The position numbers were made by a program, and so were the translations under genes. Positions 55,264-63,129 of a stretch of 64,000 nt of DNA are shown here, piece after piece. Numbering within the stretch: position 1 is the first letter of the stretch; every line of letters starts with the position of its first letter. The stretch comes from Gemmatimonadaceae bacterium (GTDB lineage Bacteria > Gemmatimonadota > Gemmatimonadetes > Gemmatimonadales > Gemmatimonadaceae). Below the pieces are notes generated by a model, which ran no database searches, was not told the origin of the DNA, and was given only the letters and a program-made list of their open reading frames with translations. The stretch is from positions 24,626-88,625 of the forward strand of contig JBQTIW010000035.1 in the NCBI GenBank assembly GCA_052387735.1, written 5' to 3'.

Positions 55264-57921
55264 ATGTTGCGACTAGGGTTCGCGGTAGCGATTGCACTTG
55301 GTGGATTGCAGGTGCTGCGCGCACAGTCGTTCCCCGCCCGCGACGCCGGCTGGCAATCCGATATCGATTTCTTGCTGCAGCAACTCGGGAAGCAGCACCT
55401 GGTGCTGAGTCGACGACCGCTCCCCGCACCGCTGGTGCAGGCAGCAGCGCGACTCAAGGACTCGGTGCGTGTGTTCAGCGACGAGCGCATGCTCATTGAA
55501 CTGCAGCGTCTCGCCGCTTTCGCCGGCGACGGGCACACCTACGTGCTTCCGATGGGCGCCGAGCGCGCGCAATCGACGGTGCTTCCATTGCGCTTCTATG
55601 CATTCTCCGATGGACTCCATGTGATCGATGCCCAGCCGGGCCACGAGCAATGGATCGGCAGCCGAGTTCTGCGTTTCGGCTCGCTCCCAGCCGAACACGC
55701 GATGCGCAAGGTGCGAGAACTCATCAGTCGCGACAACGCGATGGGTGTGCAATGGGTCGGTCCGTTCTTCCTCGGCTTCCGTGGAACGCTCGAGGCGTTG
55801 ACCGACGCGGTGGATCTCAGGAGTGCGGAGCTCACCTTGCACACACGTGAGGGGCGGACCACCACGACTCGGCTTCCGTTTGTTGCTCCACCTCGCATGC
55901 GCGGTATTCCCAAGCTGCCGGCACCACGACAATCATCTGCGCCGGCCGCACCACGCTGGTTAGGCAACGTCGACACACCCTACTGGTTCGACTCGCTCCA
56001 GAGCGGAACGATGTTCGTGCAGTTCAATCAGGTGATGGACGCTCCGGCCGAGCCGATCGAGCAGTTCGCCACACGGCTGGCGGCGGCCATTGCCTGGCAG
56101 CGTCCTCGTGTCGTGATCGTGGATGTGCGGCACAACAACGGAGGAAGCAAGGAACTGCTGCCCCCGCTCACGCGCGTGCTGCGGGAGTTCGACCAGAGTC
56201 GCCCCGACGCCCGGCTGTATGTACTGACGGGACGCAACACCTTCTCCGCAGCGCAGGTGTTCATCGCGCAATTGGCGCGTGACACGAAGGCCGTGTTCGC
56301 CGGAGAAGCGAGCAGCTCGCGTCCCAACTTTGTGGGGGAAGAGAATGCGGTGGTGCTGCCCTGGAGCGGTGCGATGGCAAGTGTCTCCAACCGCGAGCAC
56401 ATCAGCATCCCCGGCGATCGCCGGGAGCTCATCCCGCCATCGCTTCCCGTAGCGCTCCGCGCGGCCGACTACTTTGGCGGGCGCGACCCGGTGCTCGAGG
56501 CGGTGCTACGCGATTCCCGGAGCCGGAACCTGGCCCCGGAGCCGGACCTCGCGATCACCAACGTGACGGTGGTTGAGCCGGGGCCCGGCGCGCGATCGCT
56601 GACTGGTCAAACCATACTGATCCGCGGAGGGATGATCGAAACGGTGGGCCCCAGCCCCACGACGCCAGTGCCTCGCGGAATACGACGCGTCGATGCGCGC
56701 GGCAAGTATGCCATTCCTGGACTGTGGGACATGCACGTTCACTTCATGAACACTGGGGTGAGCGCGTTGCCGCTGCTGGTGGCTCACGGTGTCACGACAG
56801 TTCGAGAGATGGGAGGCTTCATCGACAGCACGCGCGCGTGGCAGGCGCGGATGCGCGCGGGTGCGCTGACTGGCCCGCGCATTCTCACGGCCGGCCCCAT
56901 TCTCGAGAGCCCGCGTTACTTGCAAGGTGTTCGCGATCGCAGTGTCCGCGACCCCCGACTGGCACAGCGGGTGCTGCCATATCGCATCTCCGTGGGGGGA
57001 GAGGACGACGCACGGCGCGCCATCGATTCGCTGGTGGCGCTCGGCGTCGACTTCGTGAAGGTTCGCACCACGGCATCTCCGCAGGCGTACTACGCGATCC
57101 TGCGGGAGGCGCGGCGCGCGCGATTGACGGTCACGGGGCACCAGCCGACCGCCGTGTCGTTAGGCGCAGCGCTGGACTCCGGACAGTCGGACATCTCGCA
57201 TGCCCTGTTCCCGATCCTCGCCCGCCTTCCCCCCGGAGCGCGTGACTCGATCTATCGCCGGTTCCTGGCGGCGCGGGCCTGGTATACGCCGACCCTCGTA
57301 GTGTCGCGGGCGGCGTCACTGCCGGGCGATTCGGCCGACCGGGCCATTTTTAGCGCGGAGGCTCGTCGCGGCGATCCGCGGCGAGCGTTTGCCTCGCCCT
57401 GGCTGCTGGAGTGGTGGCAGATGCAGGTCGATGAACGCAAGCTCGATACGGGCACAGCGCGGTGGGCCGAAGTGCGCGAAGGCTATCGCAGCAGCGTGGC
57501 CGATGTGCGACGGATGCAGGAACTCGGCGTGCCGATCCTGGCCGGCACCGACGCGGGATCAGTGCTGGTGTATCCCGGAATCAGTCTTCACGAAGAGCTG
57601 CAGCTGCTGGTCGAGGACGCCGGGTTGAGTCCTGCACAGGCTCTTTGGAGCGCGACCCTTGGCCCCGCGCAGTTCACCGGGAGGGCCGATTCACTCGGCC
57701 TGATCGCGGTGGGGAAAACCGCGGACCTCGTCCTGTTGGATGCGAATCCGATCGCCAACATCCGCAACACCCGTCGCATCGCCGCGGTGGTGAAAGGGGG
57801 CCACCTGCTGGATCGCCGGGCATTGGACGTCATGCTTCGCACGGTCCGTTCGGGAGAGGTACCGTCGTCTGGGTCTCGCGACGGTCCGACCGCGCCTACC
57901 GTCTCCCCAGCGCGCCAATAG
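55264..57921 (+). CDS. fusion of an S41-peptidase-like module and an amidohydrolase
   Basis: Signal peptide. S41-like blocks VIVDVRHNNGGS and VLTGRNTFSAAQVF. C-terminal amidohydrolase (ITNVTVVEP...AIPGLWDMHVHF...ADLVLLDANPI). Confidence 0.7.
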   Translation: MLRLGFAVAIALGGLQVLRAQSFPARDAGWQSDIDFLLQQLGKQHLVLSRRPLPAPLVQAAARLKDSVRVFSDERMLIELQRLAAFAGDGHTYVLPMGAERAQSTVLPLRFYAFSDGLHVIDAQPGHEQWIGSRVLRFGSLPAEHAMRKVRELISRDNAMGVQWVGPFFLGFRGTLEALTDAVDLRSAELTLHTREGRTTTTRLPFVAPPRMRGIPKLPAPRQSSAPAAPRWLGNVDTPYWFDSLQSGTMFVQFNQVMDAPAEPIEQFATRLAAAIAWQRPRVVIVDVRHNNGGSKELLPPLTRVLREFDQSRPDARLYVLTGRNTFSAAQVFIAQLARDTKAVFAGEASSSRPNFVGEENAVVLPWSGAMASVSNREHISIPGDRRELIPPSLPVALRAADYFGGRDPVLEAVLRDSRSRNLAPEPDLAITNVTVVEPGPGARSLTGQTILIRGGMIETVGPSPTTPVPRGIRRVDARGKYAIPGLWDMHVHFMNTGVSALPLLVAHGVTTVREMGGFIDSTRAWQARMRAGALTGPRILTAGPILESPRYLQGVRDRSVRDPRLAQRVLPYRISVGGEDDARRAIDSLVALGVDFVKVRTTASPQAYYAILREARRARLTVTGHQPTAVSLGAALDSGQSDISHALFPILARLPPGARDSIYRRFLAARAWYTPTLVVSRAASLPGDSADRAIFSAEARRGDPRRAFASPWLLEWWQMQVDERKLDTGTARWAEVREGYRSSVADVRRMQELGVPILAGTDAGSVLVYPGISLHEELQLLVEDAGLSPAQALWSATLGPAQFTGRADSLGLIAVGKTADLVLLDANPIANIRNTRRIAAVVKGGHLLDRRALDVMLRTVRSGEVPSSGSRDGPTAPTVSPARQ

Positions 57922-57931
57922 CTTGAAGGAC

Positions 57932-58405
57932 ATGCGCGTGCGCCTTCTTCCCCCGGTCCTTCTCGCCACGAGTGGATGCATCCAGGAACCGAGCGTTCCA
58001 AAGGTCGGACTCGATCCGGTCTCGATCAGTCTGACGGTGTCCACACAGACGTTGCGGCCGGGCATCCCAGACACGATACGGGTCACGGTACAAAACAACC
58101 TCGAGCAACCCGTCCGGATCTCATTCGACAATCTGTGCCAGGTCTTCGTGACGATTCGCAACCAGGCAGGTGACGTCGTGACGCCGCGTAACGGTCGACC
58201 ACAATGCCTCCCCGTTCAATCACAGCTGACCCTGGTTTCCCTGGGCAGGCAAGTCTTCACGACGGTTTGGACCGGTGGATTTGACTTCGCCCCACCTGAC
58301 ACCCAGGCAAAGGTGCCTCCGGGCGCGTACTTCGTGTCCGCGGAGCTTCGTGCCCTTGGCTACTCGACCCTCGCGCCTGCTTTCAAGGTCGACGTCATCC
58401 CCTAG
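57932..58405 (+). CDS. lipoprotein resembling the BsuPI intracellular-proteinase-inhibitor fold
   Basis: Lipobox LLATSGC. Pattern TIRVTVQNNLEQPVRISFDNLCQVFVTIRNQAGDVVTP...LTLVSLGRQVFTTVWTG resembles BsuPI-type domains. The call is tentative. Confidence 0.45.
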   Translation: MRVRLLPPVLLATSGCIQEPSVPKVGLDPVSISLTVSTQTLRPGIPDTIRVTVQNNLEQPVRISFDNLCQVFVTIRNQAGDVVTPRNGRPQCLPVQSQLTLVSLGRQVFTTVWTGGFDFAPPDTQAKVPPGAYFVSAELRALGYSTLAPAFKVDVIP

Positions 58406-58457
58406 GTCCACTTGTGGACTCGGGAGTCGTCACGCAACACAACACGCAACGCCTCGC

Positions 58458-59720
58458 ATGCCCATGACGCGTTTCTTCGTTATCGCTTTCCTGTCTCTCA
58501 TTGCCCTTCCCGCGGCTGCGCAGGACCCTCACGTAGCCAAGGCCAGGCGCGTGCTTCGCAGCACGCCGCTGATCGATGGGCACAACGACTTGCCGTGGGT
58601 CATCAGGAACTTCCGCAGCGCGCCTCTGAGCGTGGATGCCTATGATCTGACGAAGCGCACAGCCGGTCACACGGACATTGCGCGGCTCCGCACGGGAATG
58701 GTCGGTGGCCAGTTCTGGTCGGTCTACATTCCGGGTGACATCAGAGACTCGGGCTTTGCCAAGGTGCAACTGGAACAGATCGACATCGCGAAGCAGGTGT
58801 TCCGGAAGTACCCCAGCGTGTTTCAGGAAGCATTGACCGCTGCCGCCATGCGGCGGGCCTTTGCATCCGGCCGAATCGGTTCGGTGATGGGAATGGAAGG
58901 GGGGCATGCCATCGAGAATTCGTTAGGCGCCTTGCGTGGGTTCTATGACATGGGAGTTCGCTACCTGACGCTCACGCACAACGTCACGCTGGACTGGGCC
59001 GACGCGGGCAATGGTGAACAGAAGCACGGCGGACTCACGAAGTTCGGTGAGGAAGTGGTCCGTGAGATGAACCGCCTGGGCATGCTTGTGGACCTGGCGC
59101 ACACCTCGCCAGCGACCATGAGCGACGCGCTGAATGTGTCCGAGGCGCCGGTTATCTGGTCGCATGCCTGCGCTCGCGCGATCACCGACGTGCCGCGCAA
59201 TGTGCCGGATTCGATCATCGCCCGCCTGCCGAAGAACGGTGGTGTGCTCATGGTGACGTTCGTGCCCGGCTTCCTCTCGCAGAAGGTTGCTGACTACGCC
59301 ATCGTCGCACGCGCCAAGCGCATTCAGTTCCGTACGGAGTTCGGCAGTGACACCACGGCGGTGAATCGCGCGCTCGCCGGTTGGCGCCAGACCAATCCTC
59401 CGCCCCGTGCCACGATCCAGGATGTTGCAGACCACATCGATCACGTTCGGAAGGTGGCTGGCGTCGATCATGTGGGGATCGGATCCGACTTTGACGGCGT
59501 CGACGAGTTGCCCGAGGGACTCGAGGACGTATCCAAATACCCGGCGCTCCTTGCCGAACTCTCGCGGCGTGGCTGGAGTGAGCGCGACCTGCGCAAGGTC
59601 GCCGGCGAGAACGTGCTGCGGGCACTCGCAGAGGCGGAGCGAGTCGCCGCTCGATTGCAGAGAACGCGACGCCCGTCGACGAAGACGATCGCGGAGCTGG
59701 ACGGCCGGACCCGGATGTAG
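58458..59720 (+). CDS. membrane dipeptidase (peptidase family M19)
   Basis: Signal peptide. PLIDGHNDLPW, GGQFWSVY, MGMEGGHAIE..YLTLTHN, VDLAHTS, GIGSDFDG motifs. Confidence 0.85.
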   Translation: MPMTRFFVIAFLSLIALPAAAQDPHVAKARRVLRSTPLIDGHNDLPWVIRNFRSAPLSVDAYDLTKRTAGHTDIARLRTGMVGGQFWSVYIPGDIRDSGFAKVQLEQIDIAKQVFRKYPSVFQEALTAAAMRRAFASGRIGSVMGMEGGHAIENSLGALRGFYDMGVRYLTLTHNVTLDWADAGNGEQKHGGLTKFGEEVVREMNRLGMLVDLAHTSPATMSDALNVSEAPVIWSHACARAITDVPRNVPDSIIARLPKNGGVLMVTFVPGFLSQKVADYAIVARAKRIQFRTEFGSDTTAVNRALAGWRQTNPPPRATIQDVADHIDHVRKVAGVDHVGIGSDFDGVDELPEGLEDVSKYPALLAELSRRGWSERDLRKVAGENVLRALAEAERVAARLQRTRRPSTKTIAELDGRTRM

Positions 59721-59937
59721 CGCTTTCCCGACTCGGAGTTCCCCCAGCATACACGGCGCGTTCGTACGGCGAGGTTGATGAGACGCGACAGACCAACTTT
59801 GGCGTGCATGAGAGTTGATTCTGCGCACCGCGTGTTCTAGCGGTTGAGTTCGTCAGCAGCGCCGCCACTTGCCCGGATGGCCACGGGACAGCAGCGTTGC
59901 TGAGTCCGTCCTGCGCTCCAGGGGGAGGTGCCCCCGA

Positions 59938-61533
59938 ATGTCCCGCCTGCCGTTCACCGTTAGCGCGCTCTGTTTCGCGCTGCTCGTTCCTCCGCTTCAC
60001 GCGCAGTCGCCGCGTCTCGGCCGCATTGTCTTTCCGACGTCGGGCCGGGCCGAGGCGCAGCCGCTGTTCATCCGCGGCGTACTCTATCTGCACAGCTTCG
60101 AGTACGATTCGGCGGCAAGCGCCTTTCGGGAAGCGCAGCGGCTTGACCCGAACTATGCCATGGCGTTCTGGGGCGAGGCCATGACGTACACACATCCGGT
60201 GTGGTATCAGCAGGACCTCTCCGCGGCGCGCGCTGCCCTGCAACGTTTCGCGTCGACGGTCGCGGAGCGCCGCTCGAAGGCGCCCACCGCGCGCGAGAAG
60301 CGGTGGTTCGACGCGATCGAAGTCCTGTATGGTGATGGGGCCAAGGAGGAGCGCGACACGCTGTACGCCAGGGAGATGGAGCGATTCGCCCGTGATTACC
60401 CGGGCGACCACGAGGTGCAGACGCTCTACGCGTTGTCCCTGCTGGGCTTGTCGAGCCGCGGTCGGGATGCCCCGACCTACATGCGGGCAGCAGCAATCGC
60501 CGAGGAAGTGTATCGGGAGAATCCCGAGCATCCTGGCGCACTCCACATCCTCATTCACTCGTACGACGATCCGGTGCACGCCCCCCTCGGGATGCGCGCC
60601 GCGCGCGCGTACTCGGTCGTGGCACCCAGCGCCGCCCATGCGCAGCACATGACCTCGCACATCTTCGTGTCGATGGGGATGTGGGATGACGTGGAGCGGG
60701 CCAACATCGCCGCCTGGGAGGCGTCCAACAGGCGGAACGGCCATTACACGCACTGGCTGTCATACGGCTACCTGCAGAAGGGCCGGGTCAAGGACGCGCG
60801 CACCTTCGTGGCGGCGGTCATGAGCGACGCGGCGAGCGACCCGACGCCGTACAAGCTCGGCTACATGAACACGATGCTGGCCGGTTACCTGATGGATGCG
60901 GAGGAGTGGAACAGCCCCTGGGCGCGGTTCGCCGCGGATTCGGCGAAGCGAGCGGGAGGTCCCGGCGCCTTTCATCCCGCGGCCGTTGCGCTCGATTTTG
61001 CCGCGGGTGTTGCGGCACTCAAACGAGGCGACGCAGCAACGGCACGGCGTCTGCGCGGTTCACTCGCCGCTCGCGTGGGCGCCGCGCGCGCACCAGCCGG
61101 AGATGGCTATGTCCCCGGACGCGCCAGCGCTGAAATCATGGGCCAGATGCTGGACGCCCTCACGTTGGCCAGCACGGGGCAGATGGATGCCGCGATCAGC
61201 GTAACACGTGACGCGGCGACGCGTGAGGCATCGCTGCCGTTCGAGTTCGGCCCGCCGGAAACCATCAAACCACCCTACGAGCTGCTCGGCGAACTGCTGC
61301 TCACCGCGGAACGCGCGGCCGATGCGAGGGCCGCATTTGAGCAGGCCCTCTCACGCACACCCAACCGCTCGCGATCTGTCCTCGGTCTCGCGCGCGCCTA
61401 CGCAGCCCTGGGGAACATGCCTGCCGGTGCACAGCACTACGCTCGCTTCCTCGCCAACTGCGCTGGGGCCGAGGAACGCAGTCAGGACATGAAGGAAGCG
61501 GAGGCATTCTTGTCCAAGGCGGAGCGACGATAG
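59938..61533 (+). CDS. secreted TPR-repeat protein
   Basis: GGGGGAGG SD. Signal peptide MSRLPFTVSALCFALLVPPLHAQ. Helical repeat content (e.g. AFREAQRLDPNYAMAFWGEA). Confidence 0.6.
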   Translation: MSRLPFTVSALCFALLVPPLHAQSPRLGRIVFPTSGRAEAQPLFIRGVLYLHSFEYDSAASAFREAQRLDPNYAMAFWGEAMTYTHPVWYQQDLSAARAALQRFASTVAERRSKAPTAREKRWFDAIEVLYGDGAKEERDTLYAREMERFARDYPGDHEVQTLYALSLLGLSSRGRDAPTYMRAAAIAEEVYRENPEHPGALHILIHSYDDPVHAPLGMRAARAYSVVAPSAAHAQHMTSHIFVSMGMWDDVERANIAAWEASNRRNGHYTHWLSYGYLQKGRVKDARTFVAAVMSDAASDPTPYKLGYMNTMLAGYLMDAEEWNSPWARFAADSAKRAGGPGAFHPAAVALDFAAGVAALKRGDAATARRLRGSLAARVGAARAPAGDGYVPGRASAEIMGQMLDALTLASTGQMDAAISVTRDAATREASLPFEFGPPETIKPPYELLGELLLTAERAADARAAFEQALSRTPNRSRSVLGLARAYAALGNMPAGAQHYARFLANCAGAEERSQDMKEAEAFLSKAERR

Positions 61534-61539
61534 AGCAGA

Positions 61540-61680
61540 CGGAGCAGCGAGCAGGGAGAAGGGAGCGGGGAGCGGGCAGCGGGCAGCGGAGAGGAGAGCG
61601 GGGAGCGAACGGTCGATCGGGAGTGGGAGCTGGCCCAGAACTCTGCGTTCCGCTCTCCGCTCCCTGCTCTCCGCTCCCCC
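61540..61680. repeat. long imperfect G-rich/C-rich inverted heptad repeat between convergent genes (likely bidirectional terminator; G4-type run spacing)
   Basis: GGG runs at 61554, 61561, 61567, 61574 and 61581 with 3-4-nt spacers ((GGGNAGC)n). The C-rich partner CGCTCTCCGCTCCCTGCTCTCCGCTCCCCCC lies at about 61650-61680. Confidence 0.55.
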
Positions 61681-61686
61681 CTTGCT

Positions 61687-63006
61687 TCACCGCACCTTCG
61701 CCCGCTCGATCAGCTGTGCTCTCGCGCTGCGATCGAACACGCGTCCGTTCGCAATGACGACATGAATGCGACGTACGTTGGCGATATCGGCGAGCGGGTT
61801 GGCGTCGAGCACCACCAGATCGGCGAGCTTGCCCGCGGCCACGGTGCCCAGGGAGTCAGTTGCACCCAAGTACCGCGCCGGTTCCCACGTGGCAGCGCGC
61901 AGTGCTTGTGCCGGCGTGAGGCCACCACGCACCAAAAGGCCGAGCTCCTCGTGAATGGCCTCGCCCGGCAGGGCCGGAGCGACCGGCGTGTCGGAGCCGG
62001 TGAGAAGTGGCACGCCGGCGCGGGCGAGCGCACCTGCCATGGTGATGCGGCGCTCGTATACGGCGGCGCCGAGCTCTCGCTCGGCTGCAGTCGGGTTCTG
62101 TGGAACTCGCATCACGACCGCGAGCAGCGCCATCAGTGAGTCATTGTAGAACTGGCTGAGTCGATCACCCAGCGCGACTGGCGTGCGAAACTCGACGACC
62201 GAGCGCTGCACGATGAGCGTCGGGGTAATCCAGGTCCCGTTGTGCGCCAGGGCCTGGTAGATCGGGAACTGCGGGACCTGGGTACAGTTGCCCATCAGAA
62301 AGCGATGGAGCGGGTGCGCCGAGGCGAATCGCACCGAATCAGTCACAGAGCACTCGTTAGGAAATCCCGAGAGGTGCTCCTGACTGCGCTGTCCCGAATC
62401 GGACGCCTGGAGTGGAGTCACGGGCGGGAAGACATGCCCGGCGAAAGCAATGCCCCGCTCGCGTGCGCGCCGTGCGACGGCGAAGTAGGCCGACGGCGTG
62501 AGCCCGTTGTGTACCTTGATGAAGTCCACGCCCAGACCGATCAGCGAGTCGACCGCGGCGGCTCCTTCCGCGGAGGTGCCGGCGAACACATGCGGCAGCG
62601 GCACGCGCGCTCCCACCACATACGGCCCCGAAATCACCATGCGCGGACCGACGCGCGACCCGACCGATATCTCGCGCTGCCACGACCGCAGGACCGCGAG
62701 ACGACCATCCATGTCGCGAGCCCCCGTGACGCCGTGAGCGACATACAGCGGCAACAACCCATCACCGCCCGGTACGTCGTTATGCACGTGCATGTCCCAC
62801 AGTCCGGGAATGACAAACTTGCCACGTCCGTCGATCACCGTGGCGTTCTGCGGAACACGTGCCTGATTCGCGGCTGCTACCAGTTCCACACGTACACCGC
62901 GGATTACGATGGTCTGTCCGGGATGGATGCGGCCGCTGGAGGGGTCGACGACCGTGGTGTTGGTGATGGCAACCAGCTGCAGGAGTAGGGCAGTGTGGGC
63001 GATCAT
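61687..63006 (-). CDS. amidohydrolase-family protein (paralogue of the C-terminal module of 55264-57921)
   Basis: ITNTTVVDPSSG...VIPGLWDMHVHN...LADLVVLDANPL. Confidence 0.8.
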   Translation of the reverse strand: MIAHTALLLQLVAITNTTVVDPSSGRIHPGQTIVIRGVRVELVAAANQARVPQNATVIDGRGKFVIPGLWDMHVHNDVPGGDGLLPLYVAHGVTGARDMDGRLAVLRSWQREISVGSRVGPRMVISGPYVVGARVPLPHVFAGTSAEGAAAVDSLIGLGVDFIKVHNGLTPSAYFAVARRARERGIAFAGHVFPPVTPLQASDSGQRSQEHLSGFPNECSVTDSVRFASAHPLHRFLMGNCTQVPQFPIYQALAHNGTWITPTLIVQRSVVEFRTPVALGDRLSQFYNDSLMALLAVVMRVPQNPTAAERELGAAVYERRITMAGALARAGVPLLTGSDTPVAPALPGEAIHEELGLLVRGGLTPAQALRAATWEPARYLGATDSLGTVAAGKLADLVVLDANPLADIANVRRIHVVIANGRVFDRSARAQLIERAKVR

Positions 63007-63129
63007 TGTTGTGAAGAGCCAGGCATCTGGCTGGTTGTGTCACGCCCCGTCCGAGAATGAAGAACGCGGACGTCACTCCCAACGACGCCCGCGCTCTCCG
63101 TGTTTCGACAGGTGGCCGGGTGACCGGCG

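Noticed and set aside
3270-62361. The idea that TTA Leu codons occur only inside the CGTTAGG motif (a bldA-like regulatory codon story).
   Set aside because: Other TTA Leu codons exist outside the motif, e.g. GCG-TTA-CGC at about 16319 in the SusC gene and CGC-TTA-CGA at about 52295 in padR. The motif also occurs in non-Leu frames.
3270-62361. A Chi/KOPS-like polar sequence, or a telomere-like TTAGGC repeat, as the explanation for the CGTTAGG motif.
   Set aside because: The orientation is roughly balanced (20 vs 14 on the + strand) with no switch point in the window. The copies are dispersed singletons and never tandem.
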